Below, piece by piece: positions 13,001 through 25,017 of a stretch of 64,000 nt of DNA. Every line of letters begins with the position of its first letter. Position 1 is the stretch's first letter. Under the pieces are notes generated by a model. That model did no database searches and was not told where the DNA came from. It worked only from the letters and a program-made list of their open reading frames with translations. Source of the stretch: Tubiluchus corallicola (lineage: Eukaryota > Animalia > Priapulida); the NCBI GenBank assembly GCA_030141605.1, contig JAQGDQ010000014.1, forward strand, positions 62,001-126,000, written 5' to 3'. The position numbers and the translations under genes are program-made.

Positions 13001-16000
13001 AAAACCTGCATGAGGACAAATGTTAACATATTTAGATTTTGCACAGAAAAATTTAAACACTTCAGCATTGATCCTTACAAATAAATGTACTTGGGGCATT
13101 GCGGCGAGCAGGGAGTCCTGGCATAGGGAGGTGAGCAGAATCATGTCACTGGACGTGTGTTTCATTGGATGATGATGATGAGGCCGCCATTAAAAGCTGC
13201 GAACGTGCTCTTAAGACAGAAAGAATAAATGTCACAATGAATGCCAAAACAGCTGCGTGTTTGACAGAACTGTGGCTCTGTAAATCTTTACACCTGCCAA
13301 ACATGCATTTCGATATTTATTAGTATACGGATTCATACCTTTACCGTATTGTAGATAAGTTTACACCTTCGTACGAAACCTTTGCGAAGTTTGCGCATGG
13401 TAGTGCGCTCGTACGTACGATAGCGACCCTTGAATTTCATGTCAAACAGTACCTCTGAAACGACGAGTGTTTCACAAGCTAGCATGTTCTCTGAGGATTC
13501 AGAAAAATATTGAAAGCAACTCGCGTTCATATACCAGATACCGGTCCTGCCGACGTCAGCTGACGACCTTCACAGAGTTCAAAATACGACAAATGACTAA
13601 GTCAGGATACTGGACGTAAAAAGATAAATTTTCTTTAGAGATTTCAAACTGTTAACACGAATAGATACAACAGCATTTCAGTTTCGCTGATACTACATCA
13701 ACGCAGTAGGGTTCTGTCTCAGACGTGCTGTAATATACGAAGCAGTGCTTATTGTTCTTAAAGGAGACACAGAACTGCGTTAACTAGCAAGAAGATCACC
13801 ACCTATTCCTTTGCAAGGCTCACACGCAACAACTAGCTGCCTTACAAACTACAGAGAAGAACATTTTCCACAGCTCAGCAATGTGCAATATTCACGGTTC
13901 ATAACAGATTGATATCTTCTAGCGATTAAACAGACTGTTGGAACGAGCCGCTCAACTTATTGCTCGTATTAAGTACTTGCAACAGCATTTAGTAGCGAAA
14001 AGGTCGATTTGCAACTGTTACACAGAGAAAATCACTCTATACATTACAGAAATAGCTGCATACATACTTATATTTTAATGGTCTATTAAAATGGTGTTGT
14101 CTATCACAGTAAATGTCACATACCGCGGGGCGTTTAAGGATTTATTTGTGCATCCTGTGAAGCCCATTTCGTGGAATCAGTCGCTTTCACGGAAAATTGT
14201 CACCGGAAGTCATAACTAAAGATTCAGACGTGTAAGTTTAACAATAGTAGAAGTCGGATGATGCACTTCGTTAGCAAATACCTCAACTTTTTAAATTATC
14301 ACACAAAACTAAACATTAGCGACTTTGGCAAGCACTACTATACTTCCCTTTACTAAGTTTCACATTAATACTATTCTGAATAAAGAACAGACGACGAGAT
14401 CATTTCAAGAATCGCACGATCTTACAACAAAAAACATGGAACCTCTGATGAAGCCACTTATTTGGTTAACGTTGACACTCACGTTAAAGAAGCCATTTTA
14501 ATGATTCTCAGACACAAACGTTGTTTTCTGCTAAAGCTTCTACGGGGATTTCTTCTGGCATAGTCCTTGAGGACCACAAGGCGCAGCTCTTCAATCTGGA
14601 TGAACAGCGAGCAGGTAAACCTGCGTTTAACGAGCGGCAGCTCATGTCTGGGATTTCCTCGCCAATAGGCTTCCATTGCGATCGAGAAAGTGAGCAAACG
14701 CCATATACCTAATCAGATAACACACTAATCTATACAATTCTTCTAAAGTGTTTTGCTCGAAAACTGCATTAAGCCGCGAAACTTCGCAGAACTACACCTA
14801 AGGGAACGTGGCCGCCGGCGTCAGTCAAATAATAAACCCAATTCAATTCTTATGATTGATGAAAGTTAAGCAAGAGTTAGAATCTGAGTCATAACACCTC
14901 GCTAAAATGGTTCCGGGCCATTATAATCATAATAACAAGAAGAAATCAATGTACATGTGTCCAGTAATCCAACAGGCCAAGATTTGACTAAAGCTGTTAG
15001 GCTATGACTGTTGTGAACTTGATTGAAGTCTACAAGTCATATTTATGTATTTGTATAATAATTAGTATAATCAATCCTACTTTTACAGACAAAATTTCAT
15101 TAGTGGATTGATACTTGTCAGAACTAGGAACTTTTTTGGATCAGTTTGGGAGATATGGCTTGATTTTGGCTCAAAACCGTCGTGTTTTCTCGCTTTGACC
15201 CAAACGTAAAAAATTCTGATTTTATTTTGGAGTTAGGTGTTTTTGTGATCTGGTTTTAGATTAAATCTGCTGAAATCCTTTCACAAAACAAAATTCACGA
15301 CAATTACATGCAGCAACATTTGCTGCAACAAAAATGATGCATCTGCAATTACAGCAAACGGTTCACGCCTAAACATAATCTTGACATAAGCCTTAAAGCC
15401 AGAAATGTATATTTTGAATTAGTCTTTGCTTATTAGATCCCAAAAAATAATGTTTACTGCAGCTGATACATACACTATACACATCTCTGACTGTCTTACC
15501 TGTAGCATAATTAAAAGGGCGTGATTAACCGTATGGTAAATATCATAACTGTAGATGATTATAGTTGCTTAAAGTAGAAATTGTTTAAATAGCTAGCTGA
15601 CAGTAATTCTAACTATATCAGTGCAGTGCTGGAATGAGTGTTACTGTGAATAAAGGATTTTTTAATATAGATTGTATTTGAAAGATTGTAATAATAACAG
15701 TGTATTTGAAAAATGTTTGATATGTAAGTGAAGCAATATGTGACTGAGCAGACCTTTAAAGAGAGACTGAGAGTCAACTAGCAGCGTAGTTAGTTAGTTG
15801 GTTGGTTTATTGACTATAGTTCTACATAATTCGAGATAAATACATTATAATATTGGGTAGTAAAAAAAACTATAGTCCAAAATCGACTATAGTTCTACAT
15901 AATTCGAGACAAATACACTATAATATTGGGTAGTAAAAAAAACTATAGTCCAAAAAAATACACTACCAAAATGACACATCGAGAACTAGTATTTTTGGCT

Positions 16001-17412
16001 TCATAAAAACTTCTTTTTATAACACATACGAGCTGCAAGTTAATGTTAAATGCAAGTCATTGTTTCTCTGAGACACACATTGTTACCCATCTGTCCTTAA
16101 AAATATTATAAAAGCAGTAAAAGAAACTTATTATTATTTTAACAGATAAAATAAATGCAATGTGCTATATAGTTAAGCAGACCAATTGTATGCCTGTGTA
16201 TGACTAATTGTATGCGTATACATAATTAAAAATTATCCACAGACTTGTTATCTATAGTATTGTATTTTTAAGACAATAATATTATTGTCTTAAAAATACA
16301 ATACTATAGATAACAAGTATGTGAATAATCTCTAATTGTGTATTGGTAGAAACTTCATGAAACTTAATTCTGCTTGACAAAAGACAGTGATCTAGACTGA
16401 AAATAACGTCACTCAATCCATAAATAACTTCAATACATCATGACGAATTTTATTTTCAAATACAACGACAACATCAGAAAAATTTACGCTCGTGATCTCA
16501 TTTCTACAAGACGTACGTCGTGTGTGACGAGTGTCTCGTCACACTCTAAACGAAGCACAGTAATTATCATTCTCTCATTCACTCTCCCTAGGCGCAGAGA
16601 GAAATTGGAAATCAAAACGGATACTATGACAGTTAACAGCGAAGTTACAGCCACACGACCGTCTCAGCGTATGCATTATTTGTCACTTACAGAGATTCAG
16701 ACAGACAAAGAATCACATTTCCCCATGCAAATAAGTTCTGCAACGGGTTTCCTGTGTAAAGGCAGTTCTTGTATGCCTTATGCATGATACGTTAATTTAA
16801 AGCCAGCGTGTGATATGAGTGATATCATCTATTGGAATGATTCTAAAATTATGAACTTAATTTGTGCTGATAATTTGATATGTTTTATGTAAATCAAATG
16901 TAATTACATGCAATTCTAAAACTCGTTGTGTACTGGAATTTTGAAAATGGAATAAATTTTATAATAACATAACATAATATAATTGTAATATTTAACTATT
17001 GTAAATACCATTTATTAATATTGTAATGATATAATGATGTAATGTAATGATATATATATATATATATAAGATATTAAGCTTTTCAGGCTGTGCAATTTTG
17101 CAAATCAAATATTTTAGTGCAGGACGGGTAACATTTTATTATGAAATGCAAAAGAAATTAGTTAAACTACGCAAAATTGAAAATAGCAATTTTGCTAATG
17201 TGCAAACATTCCACTACATTTATGAAACCTTTACTCTGCAAACAAGTGTGCAGTGCTTTTAAATTTAGCTGACTGGATCAGGTAATAGTTTATGCAATTA
17301 ACATGAACCTATAAATTTGCCTAGATACACGTCATTTAGAAATGCTCTATAAAAAACTCTCATTGCTAACTCTTTGCGGTCACCACCAGTACCAACTATC
17401 ACTATCACCACT

Positions 17413-17495
<83 letters not shown>

Positions 17496-20400
17496 TGTCT
17501 GTGTGTGTATACCACCACTACTACTGCTACTGCAACAGCTACCGACACGGCTACTAACTACAGCTAAGTTTAAAAAAAACAAAACTGGAAATCTTGCTAT
17601 TCCTGGCAAGATTCGGCAATTAAATTTGCGATGTCTAAAGTAGATTTGGGCAATGATAATCGACACGGGTTGCGTTCCATCACGGAACTCTCATCGCATA
17701 AATGTAATTATCACCAATTCTCATGTCTCCGTCTAATTAGTTTAATCCACTATTAGGCATTGCACTTTTCTCAGTTACATTAAATTTTCATAATCTACAG
17801 GCCAGACGAACCATTACAAATTGGCAAGCATGCAAGCTGTTGAGAAAATTCACAGGCTAAAACGCAAACACAGAAATTTTGTCATTCTAAACTTAGCTGG
17901 AAAATAGTTTGATTTTTTTTCAATAAAAAACTTAGTTGATTTTTATTAATGTTTTGTTGCATCAGATGCGAATAATTAATTTTTTTTAAATTAGTGCCAG
18001 GGAAGGAAACCATTTTGTCAGAATCTATACCGATAATCTTCTTAATCAATAGATAAAATAGCAAAGTGAAATCTGACAGCGCGCTTACACCAATTTAAAT
18101 TTCAGGCAAAATTAATGACTTCTAAAACTTTTTAAATAAAAGTAATTAATGAGGGTTCGTTAAAGCGAACAGAGGAAACAGTCCCTGATGCTAACATAAA
18201 TGCATTGAAACCTTGTACAAATACACTTTGAGGAAGAACTAACTCCTGTATGCATTGCATGTGAGGAGCAATATCAGCTATGTATCAAATACTATCAATA
18301 AATCATGATTGTCACCAAGCAGCATACTTGGTCAGGATCAATTCACGCGAAGAATGCCATAGTCATTAAAATGTAATCAGTATAAGATGGACTTCATTGA
18401 TTCCTGAAATAACTTATATCGTCCGTGAAAATGAAAAATGTTTTCATTTTCTGTTGCCAAATACTTTCATTTACTATTTATGTAAGATTTCAGAAACTCA
18501 GTTGGTTCTTTCCTCTTTCAAACTTTGATTCTTAATAAGTATAAAAACATAATATTTATGTAATATTTCAGAAACTCAGTTCGTTCTTTCCTCTTTCAAA
18601 CGTTGATTCTTCATAAGTATAAAAACATAATTCATTTTGATATATTTTATTATACTATGATATACTTTTGATTATTAATATACTAATATTTAATATACTT
18701 TATTTCTTAAATATTTACAAGGTTCATCTTCCACTCTAACAAGTAAAAATTGAAGCCGAGAACAGAAGTTTTAAATTGGACACATTGCTATAATCTTCGA
18801 ACTTTTGTATGCTGTTACCGCAATTTCTGCTAAATTATTTAGGTTTTTTCCTCAACTTTACAGTTCGTTAAATTTTTTATTTATACTAATAGGTTGCTGG
18901 TTTAGCCGCTTTACTTTAAGTCAATGCATAACAAACGATGAATTGCACGTGCCTCTAAAATAAATGGTGACATCCAATACACTTTGAACAATGAACTAAA
19001 TTTACCAGATGCTCCTAGTAAATTAGGTAAGAATTCAATTTTGGACGAAATACTATAAATTTTCTGGCTATTACTGTAGAACTCACATAGGTACAATTCT
19101 AATTTTAATAACTGTACCAACAAGAAATGAGTTTGACTGATGAAGGCTGAGAAAGGAACAAAATCCTAAGAACAAAAAAATATAGCAAGAACCGAAGAAA
19201 GTAAGTAATTAAGTAAGTAGATAGGTAGGTAGGTAGGTAAGTAAAGTAAGTAGGTAGGTGGGTAGGTAGGTAGGTAAGTAAAGTAAGTGAGTGAGTGAGT
19301 AAGTAAGTAAGTAATGTGTTATGTAAAAAATAAAAAGATCAATGCAAAGAAGCAATACATATTGGGCTAAACATGAGTGCAATATATTGATGTCATACAG
19401 TACAGAATGGTGAATAAATAGGAAATATTATTAGGGGAAAACTGCAAAAACACTAGAACACTTAGAAAAAAAATGTCACAAGTCATTAGAGGGATCTGTA
19501 GTTTTTATGCACATCTTAATAATGCCATCTTACGGTTCACTTATGCTGTGTTTTGGGGGTATGCAAGAAAAAGAGCTACTCTATGACTGCCCTTGGTTTT
19601 ATTATTAAAATAAAATTAATGCAAGTGCAGTATTAAGACAAGGGTATTTGTGAACTAAAGTAAACATTAAATGTTTGTTCTGTTACTACAGCTTGATTTT
19701 ATTGTACATCGTTTATGGCATTGTAACTGTATATTTGGAGGACTAATTATAAATTTATAATATACTATAATAATAACAATTATCATCCCATTTGGCAACA
19801 TATAAAGGTTCGAAATACAAGCACGTCAATTCGAAAACCTGTGAACAATGGATTCCTATTTTTAAACAATCAACATGGAGCTTTTGCATCAGCAATATTT
19901 CCCAGAAAGTGTAATCTTGTAACATTTCATAAAATTTAATTTTGTATTTTTGTCTACTTTTTGGGGCGCCCTAACTATGAATCTGGTGATTTTTAATTTA
20001 GAAATTTGTCGAATGCTCAGTGTCTGTCTTTTTCTTGAATTTCTTAATTTACAGTTTGTTGCAGCACTAATGCGTCTAATCGATTCACAGCATTTATAAC
20101 GTTAACACTAAATATGCATCAGCTTTAATTAAACCTGAAAGCCAATAAATCCTGGGGATGGATGATTTCGTATGAAAGGCAAAAATAAATTACAGAAGTT
20201 CGTAACTAATGCTAGAAGGCATTAGTCACATTATAAAATTATCTATCTTTTTTATATATTATCATAAACAAAGTATATGTATATCAATGTGCCAGATATA
20301 CATATATACAAGGGTATATGACTGACGGCTGCTTCTTCATATTTTCTCATCCACTAAGCTGCCATAGTAGATACCTGATAGCAAACGATTTGTGTCTTAG

Positions 20401-23400
20401 TGCAAGCTGTCTCATCACGAATGCATTTTTCAAAATGAGACCCACATGACAGGAAAAACGGGACACAAAAAGCATAATTTTCAGCTGATTTTGCAGAACT
20501 ACAAGCTTAAGATGTAAATAACATGAGTGTGTCAGATGGTTTGGAGACAATTTGAAAGAAAGTATTATTGGTGTAGGTTTAAATAACATTTGTTTCCTTT
20601 TGTTGCATGCAAAGTTTTCAACAAGGGTCTGCTCAAATTTTGGGAAAATTGGCACAAAGAGCTACAACAAAAAATAATTTTTTATTTTGGGGAAAACTGT
20701 CAGAAAAAACAATTTTTGAAATTTTTATGTCCTGCAGTAATACAAGCACATTCTCAGAACAAGACAGAAGTGGTATAGAAAACGTAAAAACTTAACAGCT
20801 ATAATAAATAAACCGAAAGGATGTAATCGGACACTCCAAGCTTGTAATTCTGTGGTGAGAAGATACAGGATCCCTGTATAAGACCCCAGCTAACTGTTAT
20901 GCAACATTCATTATTTATACTGTGTTTCTGCATAATGCGCGTGGAATGTTCGCGCATATTGATTATTTGTAGGTGAATCTAAGGGTAGAGAGCATGTATC
21001 ATAATTATAGAGTTATAGTGAGAAGTTTCAAAATACTGCCGATTTTGCGCAAAATGCACTCCGCTGGTGACCTAACTAAAGATGAAAGGGAATGCCCTGC
21101 TTAAACAAGCAAGCAAACAAGATTTTTTGAACTGGGCAGTGCTACCAACTCTCCTCATGAAATGTTTTTTAGAGATTTTTTTCATTTTTTTTGCGGTACA
21201 CTTAACAGCCCATACTGATTTTTTATTTGCAGGAAGTATGTCTTGCTTAATTTTCACTCATTTCCATGAAAGTCATTTACTAAAGTGTAGCTTGTGTAAT
21301 GAATGTGACTTGCTTTTCTTTATTTTGCTAATTGACAATATAATTTCAGTTTCCTAATGACCAGAATAATTTAAAAAACAGTGACGCGAGTATGCAAATG
21401 TGTTTATGCTATTACACAAATGAATGTGAATACATTTTGTTACCTTCCACTCTGAGAACGTGATGGTGTCTATGAAAGAGTCAAATCGGACAGACTTCTC
21501 CGGTCGACTGCAGCATACACAACAGAAGAGCTTGTGGGCTAGATGTCGCTTGCTACCCTTGGGTCGCATCGGCACGTACAAGTGTCGTGGCCGCAGGAAG
21601 TTGATAGGTACAATCTTTGGCATGTGGAAAACCAACTTCCCGTAAAGTAGATCAGTTGGAAACTGACTTACACTACGTCTACGTTCTCTTTTGTAATTTT
21701 TGGTAAGTCTAACACACAACGTCTTTCATCAGTAACAATAAGTTTCAATTTAGTGAAAACAAGTAATCCAGTAATTTGGCTATAAATTATAAATCACCTT
21801 GACGTGCGTTCCCGGTTTATATAAAGGCGCAGTACCTTCTTATCTTCATTTTCATGTCACCCAGGAAGGTGTTCGTACGCTAACTTCGAGCATGTGCGAC
21901 GTGTCCTCTACTCACCATAAGTAATACTACATACTAAAAGACTAGTCGATATATCCGCCATGTCACCCAGGAAGGTGTTCGTACGCTAACTTCGAGCATG
22001 TGCAACGTGTCCTCTACTCACCATAAGTAATACTACATACTAAAAGACTAGTGTTTTAAAAGACCAGCAACAAATTGCGCTATGCTTGCATGCATCAGCA
22101 AGCGATATTCATATATAGAAGAAAGGCAATCAACTGCGTAATGTTGAAAAGCTGCACAGTAATGAAGAACGAGGTACTTCAAATTAGCTAACCATGTCAG
22201 TTCAATGTATGTGTCGAAAACATCGTGTTCACTGATTATACGTAGTATAACAAATCATTTGGGGCTTCAAGCATTTCTTTCCAAAGGTCAACAGTATCCA
22301 TGGGACGCTCTACACGTCATCATTCACGCATCCCCGCCGTATAAAACACTTCCTCGTGAAGGTGAAACTCATTAGAGAGGAGCTTTAAGTTCGTGCAGAT
22401 TCGCAGCTTAGAAATGAAGCATTTTGCAATAATTCATCTTGCACGTAAAATGCCCACTGTGAGAAAACTCGTTATTGCCGAGGATTTACAGTCCAGCGCA
22501 AGCAATCCGCGCGATTCCTAGTATAAAACACGCGCGATGCGGCGGCGGTTATTTTAACCATGATTACGTCAATACGCAAGAAATCTCCTAATCATTACCG
22601 ACCTGCATCGCCGGCTCTTTTCGCCATCAATCGACACCAATCACGGTTCAATTCTGTTACTGTCACAACAGTTCCGATGCCCGAAATCCGGCACGATTAG
22701 GAATCCGGATTTATCGACTGTGTAGACGGCATGAATTCAGTCAGTGAACTCGCTCTTCTCAAAGACGCGCAGTCCTTTCAAGCCTTGACACCCATTAATT
22801 CACATTTACACACACGAGGTAACTGTACGCGAATTACAGTAATTGGGATTAAAGGCAGCAATCCCGGAGAGGCTAAAACGGCGAAACATCCGGTGAATGC
22901 TAGTAAGTGTTAAAAGCATTAATGATGCACAATGTGACCACAATGTAGTCACCCTAGAACTGGCTTCCCGGTAGACCATGCATGGCTTCATTTGTTAATT
23001 ACAGTTTAAAAGTGTTTAGTATGTTGTCGTTCTTCTGAGAGCGACCGCTGAAGGCTAATCAACTTTCATTTTCAGCAGAATCCTCGCAGAAGGTAGTGGC
23101 TTTTGTTTTACAACTTTGTAAAGGCGATGCATGGGTTTTCTTCGTAAAGCCCAAGCACGCCAGTAAACAGCAAAGTTTAAGCAGTACAAATCAGCAAATT
23201 TCATTTAGCAGTCGGGTAAATCGTATTACTCTTGAGCAGTGAGAACGGTGGTATCATACCGCAAGTCTCGTCCATTCTTAAGTTATTGCAAATTATGGCT
23301 GCCTTGTGCCGATTTCAGGAAATTTTGAGCCAACTCGAGGGCTACCCAAATTTAATCAAACTCGCGCATAACTTGATTACAAATGATCATATTTTCACAA

Positions 23401-24955
23401 TTTCTGCGGTACTGAGTTATTGGAAAAGAAAACGAATGCACGCTTACATTTCTGTCAAAATCTATTCACAGCTTTTTTCATGCAGCAAATAGCGTTTACT
23501 TGCAGATCAATAAAAGAAGCGTCTTTTATCTCCCCAGTGGTAAATTTGAAAAATAAACTGTGTTATACTGCCAAATATGCAAAATGTTTACGTAAATCAA
23601 ATTACATCGCAGAAGTCGAACAACTCAAAGCACTACTGAGATATTCTGAAACGAAAACTAAAGAAACTCTTTCTCTTAAGGACCTTCGCAAGAGAGACAG
23701 AGTTTAAAATATCAATGACATTTGCAGAATTTGATAAGAAGAACTATCCACGGCATATTTCAGGCAAAATTTAAGTAACTAAGTGCTATTTGCTGCGGAA
23801 CCAAAATAGAACCAAACCTCAGCTACACTAGCGCATAATATAGTTGAGTTTTGTACATACATATCATTATGTATAATATTATTTGAACCGTGACGCGACC
23901 ATATCATGATATTTCAATAACACTTATTAAAGAGTTAACACCAGCTTCATTTCATTTCATTCAATAGCACAGTCATCTCACAGATAAAACCATTTACAAA
24001 TAAATAAACAAATGAAACACAAACGACATAAAACGTTTACACTATATACAAACTGGAATGCAGTGTAACTAGTTTTATTCTTTGCGTTTTAACCGCATTC
24101 AAGTTTGTAATTGGTGTAAATGTTTTTTTGCAAGTATGTCCCACGCTGTCATTATAAAATCACTTCAGTTTCCAATCACCTGAGTACGACAGACAGTAAA
24201 AAGATTTATGATACGCAGCTGAAAGCAGGTTACTTATTAAGATTACATAATAGAAATTTAGTTGTTATTACTTCAATGTTTGTCTTGGCCAGGTAGAACT
24301 GGTTTTCTTGCTGTATATTTTAATTTTATTACGTCGTGCATCATTTAAATGGGAAGAGTTAATTACAAACCAAGTTTGTGCTGCACGTAAAATAATGTTT
24401 CACTTAAAATCACTAGAGAGTTGGCCTGTTGGGTTTCAGTAAACTGTAATAAGCAAAAGTTTTCATAAAAATTTGGCAATTAATACATCGTATATAAAAT
24501 AATTAAATCAATACTAACAATCAATAAGATCACTGTCGTTAAGGAAAGTATGCTATACTGATAATTATAACCTATTATACTTTTTTATTTCAGGCAAAAA
24601 TGTCGAATATAAAAATATTTACATAATTACTGATAAAACTATGATAAAGCTGACATAATAAAAATAATTACAAATTCACTAAAATGGCCCTAAAAACTTA
24701 TATAACACATAATCAGCATAGATCATAATTTTCTCTTTTCTTTTTAATTAAGCTTCTCTTTCTCTTTAATCCTAACTTGTAAATTGTGTTTTTGCTATGT
24801 AACTAATTTTATTTGCATCTGCTGTTATGTATCTTATTGCTTTAATTTTATCTGTATGTATGCTATAGCTTAAGATTTTGTATGTCTATGAGGTATACAT
24901 AAACTTTTATATGTAATAATATATTAATAATAATAATATAATATATTATATTATA

Positions 24956-25017
<62 letters not shown>

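Noticed and set aside
14479-14697. GC-rich minus-strand ORF ending at a strong AC|gtgagt donor, as another dlg first coding exon
   Set aside because: The donor is phase 2 in the open frame and the phase-0 frame has a TAA just upstream, so it is incompatible with the next phase-0 exons. It may be a non-coding 5' exon but is unsupported.
17298-17666. (VC)n and (TH)n ORFs
   Set aside because: Translation of the (GT)n microsatellite.
21853-22052. CRISPR-like repeat-spacer structure (also 15812, 18488, 55029)
   Set aside because: Only two long units each, no unique-spacer array, eukaryotic context and no cas genes.
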